From Eledone cirrhosa (lineage: Eukaryota): 64,000 bases of DNA. Location: positions 77,748,001 to 77,812,000 of the forward strand of contig OZ024745.1 of assembly GCA_964016885.1 (NCBI GenBank), in the 5' to 3' direction. Both the position numbers and the translations under genes were made by a program. Shown piece by piece: positions 1 through 13,009 of this stretch (the stretch's first letter is position 1; every line of letters starts with the position of its first letter). Below the pieces are notes generated by a model. That model was not told the origin of the DNA. It did no database searches and was given only the letters and a program-made list of their open reading frames with translations.

Positions 1-1084
1 AATGCGTTCAGTGGAACAGGTATAGAACTTGTAGTGCAAATGAAGCCTGAACGCATCGCCCAAATACCCGACAGAATCCTATTAGAGGGCCACGGGTATA
101 TAAACATTAGCGTGGAGGGGAGAAGGCCGTCCTGTCATATCTGTGCAGGCAGAGGGCACCTGAAGGCGGCTTGTCCCCAACTCAACAAAAAGAAAACCTT
201 GCTACCAACACCAGCTCCACCACCACCACAACAGATAAACAAACAACAAAACTCAGTCCCACCCAACCCGTCCCTCAGTAAAACTACACCACCACCACAA
301 CACAAACAGTCACAACACATTACCCAAAAACAAAATACAGTCCCACCCAACCCCTCACTCAATAAAACAACACAACCACCGCAGCCACAACACACAACAC
401 AGTCTAACATAGTGACATCCATCTCCCCCACAAAGAAAACCAACACGGAAACATTACCAGCAAACATACCTCTTCCCTCCAACACTGAAGGTAACCCAAC
501 GAATTCGGAGGAAGAAACGGAGTCCTTCAGACAGATTAAAAGGAAAAAAAGAAAACATGTGCAAAACACACAAGGCCAAACAACCCCTACCCAAATGTCA
601 ACACAATCCAACAAAACACAAAACACCCCTCCAGCAACAAACAAAACCAAACCTGCCCCCCCCCCCTCTTCGAAACACTCACACCATCCGGAAAAAAGAC
701 ATTACACTATACTTACATCAACAGAAACAATAATAAATTAAATGAACTCATAAACAATAATCCTTCGGTACAAACCGAAGGTGTAAACTTTGTTTCTTCA
801 GAAAACTACCCACATTTAAAATTAATAAAGATCCCAATGAACCTCTACCAAAAACTAAAAAAGGATTTTAAGGAGGACGTAGGACCACCCTCTGTCAAAC
901 CCATAAACCGCGTCCTACTAAAAAGCTTCCCCCCTCCCCTTCCCCTCCCCTCCCCAACACAACTCCAAACACCCCAACCCCACCACACACTGACGACCCC
1001 ACACCACCACAAGACACCCCTTCACCCAACACCCCCGACCCCATGGAAGTCGTGCGACCCGAACCCCGGGAAGCAGAAAGGTAG
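1..1084 (+). pseudogene. LINE ORF1 (gag-like zinc knuckle), 3' part, frameshifted
   Basis: CHICAGRGHLKAAC (CX2CX4HX4C) in ORF 34-741, Pro/Thr/Gln-rich linker, broken frame, terminal TAG at 1082-1084. Confidence 0.8.
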
Positions 1085-1117
1085 GTCTCTACACTCTCCT
1101 TTGGCTTTGCCGCCCAC

Positions 1118-4100
1118 ATGGATGTGTTAAGAGTAGGATGTTTGAATGCATGTGGCCTGGGCTCAACTTGGAAGCAAGCAAAGCTTCTAAATGACCTCAG
1201 GTCACGTGGTATAAATGTAATGGTTATCTGTGAGACTCGGATCAGCGTCGTGCAGCAGCTGGCCCCTACCTTCGATGACTTTGAGGTGCATGCATCTCTC
1301 TGTCAACCTGGAGGTGGGGGTGGGGTTGTCGTACTGCTGGAAAAACACCTGGGTCCCGCCGTACAGGTTGTTCACTCGGACCCGGAGGGTCGTTTGTTGG
1401 TGCTAGACGTTGGCAGTAGTGAAGGTGCGGCCTTGAGACTGGTCGCCGTCTACTCCCCTTTCGGAGCTGAACGGCCCGACTTCTTCCAGCGTTTGGAGAC
1501 TTTTCTGGGAACGTAGCGTTCCCTACTTCTAGCGGGGGATTGGAATGACATCCTAGATGCATGTTGGGACTATGCAGGAGCATGTCCTAACAGAGGGGGT
1601 GTAACAGCCTCAAGGGGTTACTCGACCGTTTTAACTTGGTCGATAGGTATCGACTAGATTTTCCAACTGTGCCAACCTGGACTTGGACAAACCACAGTGG
1701 TCAATCTAGATCGTACTTACATAGATTTTTAGTTAGAAGTAAGGATAGGGACATATTAAGCTGTCCAGAAATGCTCACGGTTGGCTATACGGATCACAAA
1801 TTAGTGACCTGCGTAGTCAATCTCGAGAAAACACATAAACAGGGTCCCGGTTACTGGAAACTTAATTTGTCTTTACTGGCAAAAGAGACTTACAGAAACC
1901 GGATCAGCAGATTAGTTAAGGAGAGGTTGACGGGTGTAATCGTCAACAACCGATGGTGGGCATCTCTCAAAAGAGAGATTAGAATAGAATCAATAAGTTA
2001 TAGCAAGATGTTAGCTGCCGATAGGAATAGAAACGAGAAAGAATTAACAGGTAAATTAGAAGAGGCAATCAAGAGCGAAGATGTGGCCAGAGTGCTGGCA
2101 TCGAGGACAGCCTTGAGCCAGTTTTTCGATGCAAAGCACGAAGGCTGCGTCATTCGAAGTAAAATACGTGCTCTAGGTAATGAGGGGGCCAAAGCTGTTG
2201 GCTGGGCCCGCGTGACAGAAGCTAAGAGTGGAAATCGATCCACCATCCGGTCTTTGCAAGACGAGGATGGACGGGTCATCCGGGAGCCTAAGCAGATGTG
2301 CGAGGCCTTTCAAAGGCACTTTGCCCGATTGTTCGGGGGAGGCGAGGGTCCGGGCGGGGACGTGGATTTCGGTACATACCTCGACGGCCTGCCGCGTCTC
2401 TCGAGCGAAGAGGCAGAGTCCTGCGAGGGACCAATCTCGGCTGATGAGATCGGGGATGCGCTGAGCCAATGCAGCAGACGCAAATCTCCAGGTCTCGATG
2501 GTATACCTTACGAACTTTATTTAGCAATGCCGGTCTTCTTCTCCGAACTCCTCGAAGCGGTCTACTGCAATTGGCAGCAGAACGGGTGAATTCCTTGTTC
2601 TGTAGCCAAGGGCGTAGTCTCGCTGGTGAGGAAGGACGAGAACAAGGGGCATAGTATAAATAATTTTCGGCCCATAACCCTGCTAAACACAGAGTTAAAG
2701 ATTTTGGCCAAGGTGTTAGCAAAGAGGTTGGCGCTTGTCGTGGGTGGCCTGGTGGGAGATGCGCAGACATGTGCTATCCCATTCAGGTCCATTCACGATA
2801 ACCTCCACCTCACGCGATACATCATAGAGAGGGTTGGCAACAAACCCGGCTTTGGTGGGGCTCTGATCAACTTGGATCAGTCTAAGGCGTTCGACAGGGT
2901 CGACCATGGTTACCTGGATGCGGTGCTAGCGGCGGCTGGGTTTGGTCCTGTTTTCAGAGGCTTGATCACTGCCTTACATAGCAACCACATCTGTTCTAGG
3001 ATCATGGTGAACGGCTACCTTTCGAAGCCGTTCGAAATCACACGATCCATTCGACAGGGGTGCCCTCTCTCCTCCCTTCTGTACGTATTGACTCTCGAGC
3101 CTTTACTGAGGAAGTTGGAGTTGTTTCAGGGTATCCCCCTGGAACCAGGATTGAGCAAAGCGGTGTCGGCCTACGCCGATAACGTAACAGTAATGGTATC
3201 GACCGACTCAGAGATCGAGGCGATCGCTACCTTACTGGAGGATTACGAAAGGTTGACAGGAGCGAAACTGAACCGGGAAAAATCCATCGGGCTGCAACTC
3301 GGAACGTGGAGAGGCAGACCGATGCCTCCCGACGGTGTCGTCGGACACTGGACGGAGGGCCCGGTGAAGTTGCTTGGGGTCTGGTTTGGACCGGACCTCC
3401 AGGTGGAAAAGAACTGGGACGAGGTTACGAACAAGGTGTTTGCACTAACCCAGAAATGGGCCAAGTGTAAGCTGTCCCTAAAAGGTCGGGCGGAGGTGGC
3501 GAACATTTACATAGCGTCCGTCACTTACTACCGCCTGACTGTCGTGCCTTGCCCTAAGGAAACACTCACCACCATGGAACGCATGCTCTTCCGATTTCTT
3601 TGGAAGAAGCGCCCTCCTATGGTGAGAAGATCCATCTGCTGCCAACAACCTTCGAAAGGAGGGGATGCCGTGGTTGATGATGCGTAGGCACGCATTAAGG
3701 CTACGGCACCTAGAGGTATTCCTCACTGGTCAACCGGTGTGGGCTCTGTTCGTGAAACGAGCCTTTCCAAGACTCGTCTCACTCACCGAGCTGCAGTCCT
3801 GGGTCAAGCAAAGATCCGGAAAACTGGGAGACTAGCACACTGAGTGTGCCCAGGCGCTCAGGGCTCTCTGGCAAGCGAGCCAGGCCATCGGTGGAGAATC
3901 CACCTCATCATTCTATAGAGGGCTGGTGGCTAGCAGGGGTGATGACACCCTTGGAGAGTCGCTTGACATGGAAGAGGACGAACTGGCCAGCCTGTTCGGT
4001 AGGACTTTCGGCCCGGGACCAATGGACAACTTCCAGAAGTGACTAGCTTGGCAGTGCTACCGGGGGGCTCTACCCGTTCGAGAGAGGCTCTACAGACACG

Positions 4101-4549
4101 GGCGCCCGGGCAGGGATCCCTCGAAAAAGATTTGCCCTAGATGCGTGCGTCACGAAGAAACCGTTGCGCACGCATTGGTGCAATGTCCGGGCGTGGCTGA
4201 TCTGTGGGGCTACGCCGAACGACTGCTGTCGTGGGTCGCGCCGATTCGATTGACCGCCGAGTCCGTGATGACAATCAAGCCGCCTCCCCTCTTCACAAAG
4301 GAAGCAAAGGCGGTTTTTCTGTGCGTAATAACCATGTTGAAAGAGGTTGTTTGGTGGACACGATTGAAAGGTCTGAGGTCATGCAACTTCCTCTCTGGCC
4401 ATAGTCTGGTCTACTTCTTCCGATATCACTTCGGAAGAAGGATAAAAATGGAGAGAGAGGTGCTTGGCCACAAACAGTTTTATGAAAGGTGGGTGATAGT
4501 GGCGAGAATGGCTCGTGTAAATGGGCCTTCTCTGTATACCATCCTGTAG
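1118..4549 (+). pseudogene. LINE ORF2 (APE endonuclease + RT + Cys domain), disrupted
   Basis: CLNACGL, CETR, SYLHRFL, TDHK, KSPGLDG, FRPITLLN, DQSKAFDRVDH, RQGCPLS, YADN (catalytic YADD altered), CPRC..ETVAHALVQC. Stops at 1514, 2587, about 3833 and about 4041, plus frameshifts. Confidence 0.93.
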
Positions 4550-4763
4550 GTAAAGAAGTGAAGGAGAGGGGAGCACCTTCTCCATGTGGTCCCCGGGCAA
4601 AGGATTGCACACTTTTTCGGGGGTGTGTGCAACCCCCATCACGTCCCCTCCCTTTTGAGGTTGTTTTCGATTATTTTCATTTTATACCCTTTTTACTCGA
4701 TTTTATGTAAACTCCCCCTTTGTATTTGTCCCTTCTTTTTATGCCTTTATGGTAAATAAAGAA

Positions 4764-5633
<870 letters not shown>

Positions 5634-5651
5634 ATATATATGTATATATAG

Positions 5652-6038
<387 letters not shown>

Positions 6039-6138
6039 GTGTGTGTGTATATATATATATGTATATATACATATATGTATCTATATGTTTATATATATAT
6101 GTATATATATATATGTATCTATATGTATATATATATGT

Positions 6139-6234
6139 ATATTAATATTTAACTCCGGAAATCCATTCTTGTGGAGTGCTTCTAATCTATTGTAAAACTT
6201 TATTGTTTGATTTATTAATTGAACCTTGTTTAAC

Positions 6235-6326
<92 letters not shown>

Positions 6327-6339
6327 GTATATATATATG

Positions 6340-6396
<57 letters not shown>

Positions 6397-6532
6397 GTAT
6401 ATATATATGTATATATATATATATATATATTTAAAGGTTAAAAAAGGTTCAATTAATAAATCAAAGAATAAAGTTTTACAATAGATTAGAAGCACTCCAC
6501 AGGAATGGATTTCTGGAGTTAAATTTTAATAT
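6139..6532. repeat. About 100-bp inverted repeat pair facing across a (TA)n tract
   Basis: 6139-6239 is the near-perfect reverse complement of 6432-6532. Confidence 0.9.
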
Positions 6533-6642
6533 ACATATATATACATATATATATATACATATATATATATACATATAGATACATATATATATATATACAT
6601 ATATATATAAACATATAGATATACATATGTATATATACATAC

Positions 6643-6704
<62 letters not shown>

Positions 6705-6933
6705 GCAAAAGTTTTATTTAAGCTTGTTGGGTTACAACGAGTAAATATTTTATAACTGATATAAAAGCACTCAACAGTTTCTGGAGTAGGTTTACGATAT
6801 TAAACAAATGGAAACTATATTTATAAAACCATATTTATTTCGTAAACTCAATATGCAAATTAGGCTGCTCAGCCGTTAATTTTCATAAGGAAAGTATATA
6901 CTTTCGAACGTTCAACTATCTGGCAGATGGGTA

Positions 6934-6978
6934 AACGGTGCTGATGATAGCTAACAAGCTTGAAACTAGTACATCGTT
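6934..6978 (+). ncRNA. Minimal type I hammerhead ribozyme
   Basis: aacggtg-CTGATGA-tagctaacaagctt-GAAAC-ta-GTA-catcgtt. 7-bp stem I and palindromic ACTAGT stem III. Confidence 0.88.
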
Positions 6979-7393
6979 CCTGTGTCAGTGTTGAACAAAA
7001 AGGTGACGTGGTTGCCTTAACACCGTATGGCATAAATTCAGGCTGTTCAGTTTGTTTACAAACGAACAAAGCGACGTTAGCGCCGCTAAACTGATACGTG
7101 CATATATGTATGTGTACCTGTATGTATATATGTATATATATATATATATATATGTGCATGCTACTGTACGTCTGTATACATATATGTATGTACGTATACA
7201 TGCATACTTACATTTAAGTAAGTGCCATACTAAGAGTGAGAAATGAAATTTCGTTTTCATTTTGTTTCAATTTATCGTTTTCGGTATGCCTGACCGATTT
7301 AACTCACTCAATATGCAAATTAGGCTGCTCAGCCGTTAATTTTCATAAGGAAAGTATATACTTTCGAACGTTCAACTATCTGGCAGATGGGTA

Positions 7394-7438
7394 AACGGTG
7401 CTGATGATAGCTAACAAGCTTGAAACTAGTACATCGTT
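7394..7438 (+). ncRNA. Minimal type I hammerhead ribozyme (second tandem copy)
   Basis: Identical to 6934-6978. Confidence 0.88.
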
Positions 7439-7735
7439 CCTGTGTCAGTGTTGAACAAAAAGGTGACGTGGTTGCCTTAACACCGTATGGCATAAATTCA
7501 GGCTGTTCAGTTTGTTTACAAACGAACAAAGCGACGTTAGCGCCGCTAAACTGATACGTGCATATATGTATGTGTACCTGTATGCATATGTATGTATATA
7601 TGTATATATATATATATATGTGCATGCTACTGTACGTCTGTATACATATATGTATGTACGTATACATGCATACTTACATTTAAGTAAGTGCCATACTAAG
7701 AGTGAGAAATGAAATTTCGTTTTCATTTTGTTTCA

Positions 7736-8265
<530 letters not shown>

Positions 8266-9267
8266 TGTACATTGTGTAAATGCGTATTACCGAGTCCGTA
8301 ATCTCGCTGCTGTTTGATTGGCTACGTGTGAGTATGTATGTATGTAAGTATGTATATATCTGCACACATGTGTGGATGTATCTAATTGACAGATATGAAG
8401 ATATTTAATTCAGTTTTAGTGAGCTCAGCAGATTTTGTCTCTTCCTTCTCTCTTTTACTCTCTTCTTCTGTGGGTGGGATTTTTAGAGGCAATTCTTAGG
8501 TTGCTAAGCAACATATGCTTACGTTGACTAGAAATATTGTTGCTGTCATTTTTGTTGTTACTATTACTGTAGATGATCATGATGACTGTGTTGGTATTTG
8601 TTGATATTCGTCTTACAGTTTCCTAAGGAAGAGGTGCTGTTCTTTAGGCTAAACAATAGCGAGCCATAACTATAACGTAGGAGAAAGTAATAACGATACA
8701 GACGTACAAAAATAAACGCTTCAAATGTTTGTTTGAAGGGACGGTGGTACGGAATTGGGAGAGAGAGAAAAATATGAGGGAAGGGAGAGGAAAAAACAAG
8801 ATGGACTTACTAAGAATGAGAGAATGTAGGAAGAGTGGGTAGGAGAAACAGAAATAAGTTGGGCGAATGGAATGGGATACAATATTTGCTAGGGTGGTTG
8901 TTTTGGTGACTGCGTTGGGGGTGAATAATGTCGTTGATGGTGAGTGTGGTTTTGGTAGTGTTCGTAAAGGCAGGGTCGGCGCTACCATATGCACAAACAA
9001 GGCAGCTGCCCAGGGTGCTCATTTGACGGGGCGCATTTCTTCAAATCAACAACAATTTTGAAAAATAAATAAATAAATTTCAGTTTTATGAGGATCGTTT
9101 CTTAACCTGGTTTATTTCATAAGGGGGAAACTAATCGGATAGATTCAGTCTGACCAGAACAACCAAAATGAGTGAGTGAAAATAGCGGATACGAAACTTT
9201 CATGACGCAATTACCCTTGCGTGTTTTTAAAGGCCACGAGCCTTTCCAACACAAACTTTTGGATAAT

Positions 9268-9510
9268 TCCTCTAATGTTGCTATTGCATTGAGGGTCCTT
9301 CTCACACTTCCAGTATCAATGCCAAGTAGTGAGAGTAGTTTCTCAAAGTTCAAGCTTATAAAATCTTACACTCACTCTACAATGTTGCAAGAGAGACTGG
9401 TTGGCTTGGCAACTATCTCAATTGAACATGCTCAGGCTTCACCACTTGGTTTTGCTGAATTGGTTAAAAACTTTGGCGAGAAAAAAGCACACAGAAAGAG
9501 ATTTTTAATT
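9268..9510 (+). pseudogene. hAT transposase C-terminal dimerisation domain fragment
   Basis: NVAIALRVLLTLPVSMPSSESSFSKFKLIKSYTHSTMLQERLVGLATISIE matches the hATC pattern (S.ERSFS.LK.IK..LRSTM.QERL). Confidence 0.85.
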
Positions 9511-9562
9511 GTCTCGCTGTCTGCATTTATCCCTCAGCCAAATTTGGTTTCAGGTGTATTAG

Positions 9563-9785
9563 CAAGGGCGGTGGAAGCATTTCTGAATTGGGGTCTAAAT
9601 TTGGACAATTTAGATATAGTGATTAGTTTAGATCTTTACACTAAAATGGTCAGAAAACTTCGTTATGCGATAAACATAACATGTACATAAATTGTAGCGC
9701 ATATCTAAATAGATGTGCGTTTTGGTAGTTTCGGGAGAAAATATAATTATTGGAGGGGAAAATGCCCCCAGTTCCACTGCCACTG
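9563..9785. mobile_element. Small MITE-like element; a second copy of its right end lies at about 16800-16896
   Basis: CAAGGGCGGTGGAA ... TTCCACTGCCACTG imperfect TIR. 9695-9785 is homologous to 16802-16896. Confidence 0.5.
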
Positions 9786-9900
9786 TATATATATAATTTT
9801 TAAAAATATATGCTCTGTGCTCTTTCCTAATGGGTTAATATATCGAGTTTCTTCGGATTTGGTAAGAAACTTGTTATACCTAATTTATATATACACATTA

Positions 9901-10034
9901 ATTTATTATGGCTATTGGTGAACTTTGTTACTCTAACGTTTCACCTGCGCACTCACAGGATCACCAGTCTTGTCTGAGGATCCTGTGAGTATGCAGGTGA
10001 GACTCCACAGTAACAAGGCTTAGCCATAATAAAT
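9901..10034. ncRNA. Fold-back pair of degenerate hammerheads
   Basis: Plus strand: cttgt-CTGAGGA-tcctg..cagg-t-GAGAC..GTA-acaag (9969-10017). Minus strand: CTGGTGA-tcctg..cagg-t-GAAAC..GTA-acaa (9925-9967). Outer arms are perfectly inverted. Confidence 0.6.
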
Positions 10035-10096
10035 GAATATTTAAACTCTACTTCGTTATTTAGTTTTCACTGTTACGTCCGTCAATAATTCAGGTA

Positions 10097-10618
10097 CTCT
10101 CAGGTCTTGAATAATCGTCCCCACCCACGCTTATTAATTGGTCAGATTCTCCTCACCCTCGTTTTTATTCAAATACCACCCCCACCCGCTTATTAAATTT
10201 TCCTAATCTAGCTCCGGCGAAATTTGATTGTATGTGATTCATATTGATACATCAGCTGGAGAATCTAATAATAATTTTATTTTACATTAAATATGACAAA
10301 AGAAGAACGGTACAAGAAATTCCATATTTAGGAACGTACACCATTCAGTTACTAATTTCCCAAGCCCACTCCCCCTCATTATTACCACCCCTACTAAGGG
10401 CGGTGGATTGGCAGTATCGGTAAACGGTCGGATGCCATGCTTCGCAGCATAGTTACGGCCCTTTAAGGTCTGAGTTCAAATCCCGCCAAGGTTAACTTTG
10501 CCTTTCATCCTTACGGGGTCGATAAAATAAAGTACCAGTAATGCACTGGGTAATTGCTGGCATTGTGCCAATAGTAGAAACAATTATTACACCCCTCCTA
10601 TTATTTGGGACCCGAGAG
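10097..10618. mobile_element. MITE (TA-flanked, Tc1/mariner-like ends), copy A, interrupted by a SINE
   Basis: TA|CTCTCAGGTCTTGAATAAT ... ATTATTTGGGACCCGAGAG|TG. Homologous to 17929-18276. Confidence 0.7.
10397..10590 (+). mobile_element. tRNA-derived SINE (family B)
   Basis: A-box-like TGGCAGTATCGG, B-box GAGTTCAAATCC, core GCCTTTCATCCTTACGGGGTCGATAAAATAAAGTACCAG, (ATT)n tail, approximate CACCCCTnCT TSD. Confidence 0.85.
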
Positions 10619-10620
10619 TG

Positions 10621-10972
10621 CCATCAAACTCTCCTCCTCTCTATGTCTATCACACGAAACTCTCTTTCAAACCCCTTCTCTGTATCTACTAAAACCAAAC
10701 TCTACCCCTCTCTATATCTACCACGACACCGCCTCTCTTATTCCACTCTCTATATCTAAGACTAATACACTCTCTCACTCTTAATAAATATCTACACTCA
10801 TCTCTCCTAATCCCCCTATGTATATCAATCACTCCTAAACTCTCACCCTCTCTATAGCTACAACACGGCACTCTCCCATTATCCCTCTCTGTATATCTAC
10901 AACCACCAAATTCTCACCGTCTCTATATATACTACACGGACTCTCTTCCAATCCTCCTCTCTATATCAATTA
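10621..10972. repeat. Degenerate CT-rich ~28-30-bp tandem repeat (AACTCTC..CCTCTCTATATCTA), continuing at 16686-16800
   Basis: The same unit lies on both sides of the LINE. Confidence 0.75.
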
Positions 10973-11172
10973 CCACTTGATATAGACGTGATTTACTTCG
11001 TTCAGGATTTTTACGGATCATTGTCAAAAAAAGTGTGGGTTTATTGCTCAATTTAATAACATTGTTTAGTTTAACTCCTAGCCTGGGCCGTCAGACGTTG
11101 AGTCAACTAATTTTCGCCCCTTTCTGGGGCGAAATTTTCAATTTTCATCTCAAAACTGTAGACTTGGTGGCA

Positions 11173-12967
11173 ATGGATGCCATTTCCACCTCGCACACTG
11201 TCGTGAGTGCCACGCCCACTAAGAAAAGTGGTGGAGGGAAGGTAGGAGTACAAAGTTTGCAGCACCCCCCTCGCATCATCGAAAAACGTTAAAAATATCG
11301 AAACCACGAAACCAAACCCGGTAAATAATACCAGCAACAACAACAAGAACAATGACAATAACACCACAACCAACAACTGCAACAATAGCAACACCAAGGA
11401 AAACATGAACAATATTACCAACAGTGACAGCAACAAAAAAGATAACAACACCAAAACAACATTCGCACAGACTGTAAAAAAAAACGAACTATACACGCCA
11501 ATAGACATAACAAATGCTAAACAACTATTACAAGACGCAAAACAATTCGTGACTTTTGGCGAAAACGGTGCTTTTAGCATCAATTCTCCACAAGAATTAC
11601 GTAGAGAGGCTGTCCTGAAAACTGTGGTTTTCAGGACAATATCGACGAAACAAGAAAACCAGCTCAATTATCACAAAATGAAATTGAGCTGGTTCTAAAA
11701 GATGCAATGAAGGACTTAACCTTCATACAAAAAGGTAAACTGTTTGGTAGCATTTCGGTGCTAATGAACAACCAGTCAACAGCTCAAAAGTACTCGGTAT
11801 CACCCATTGTGTCCCCCCGCTTCACCTTTTTCCCCACATACAGGGGAAAAAGGACGCAAAGAATAAAAATAATGAGTATCACACCAAATGTAAATATTTG
11901 GTGGATACTATGTGGAATCATTAACTTTGACGAAGACAAGATAATTTCAATAGGAAAGTCCTCCGGAGGTGTATTTGGTGGGACCACCGTAGAAGTTCTG
12001 GTGCAAATGAGCCCAGAACGAATAGCGAATATCCCACAACGCGTGCCTCTGGACGGGCTAACTTATATAAACATTTCAGTGGAGGGAAGGCGGCCGTCAT
12101 ATACCACTGCTTAAGCAGGGATCACCTGAGGGTTGCCTGTCCTCAATTAACGAGTAAAAAAAAAGGCTCTTCTGCCAACCCCGAACACAACAACACAACC
12201 ACCACCACCACCACAACAACAACAACAACAACCACAACAACACGGAAAAATAACAACACAAAACACTGTTCCACCCAACCCCTCCCCACCTAAAACAAAT
12301 ACAAAAGCAACCACAACAAAACCTCAAAATATACCCCTCCCCAACAACACGGAAGAGGACTCCGTATCAACGTCACCCAGTGACGACGAGGGAGAACCCT
12401 TTCAACAGGTGAAAAGGAAAAAAAAAGGCACCACATTAACAAAAATGCCACAAACACACAACCACCAGGCACAAACAGAACAAACATCACAAATAAAAAA
12501 CCCACCCCTCCCCAAAGCATAACACGTACTACAAAACGCAAACACGCACAAGAACAACAAACAAAAACAAAAACAACACAACAACAACTCTATACATACA
12601 TTAACAAGAACAATAAAACGTTGATGAAAGCGATAGAAAATAACCCTTCGGTGGAAACCGAAGGGATCACTTTCACCTACGCAGCGAACAAACCGCACCT
12701 AATGATGATTAGGGTCCCAACGGAAACCTATGTAACTTTGAAAAAGAACCATCCAATGCATGTGGGGACCAACTGCACCAAACCACATAACAGCGTCCTA
12801 TTGAGATGTTTCCCCACCCCCACACCAGTCCCCACACCCCACCAAACACCCTAATCCCACCACACACTGATGTTCTCACCCCACCACAAACCACCACCCC
12901 ACGAAACAACCCTTCCAACACACCCATGGAAATTGTGCAGCCTGGTCCCCAGGAGACGAAGAGGTAA
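11173..12967 (+). pseudogene. LINE ORF1, multiply disrupted
   Basis: VQMSPERIANIPQRVPLDGLTYINISVEGRRPS matches copy-1 ORF1. Several stops and frameshifts. Confidence 0.8.
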
Positions 12968-13009
12968 GTAATTTCATTTCCTCTTCCTTTTTAACTTTTC
13001 AGCACCAAC

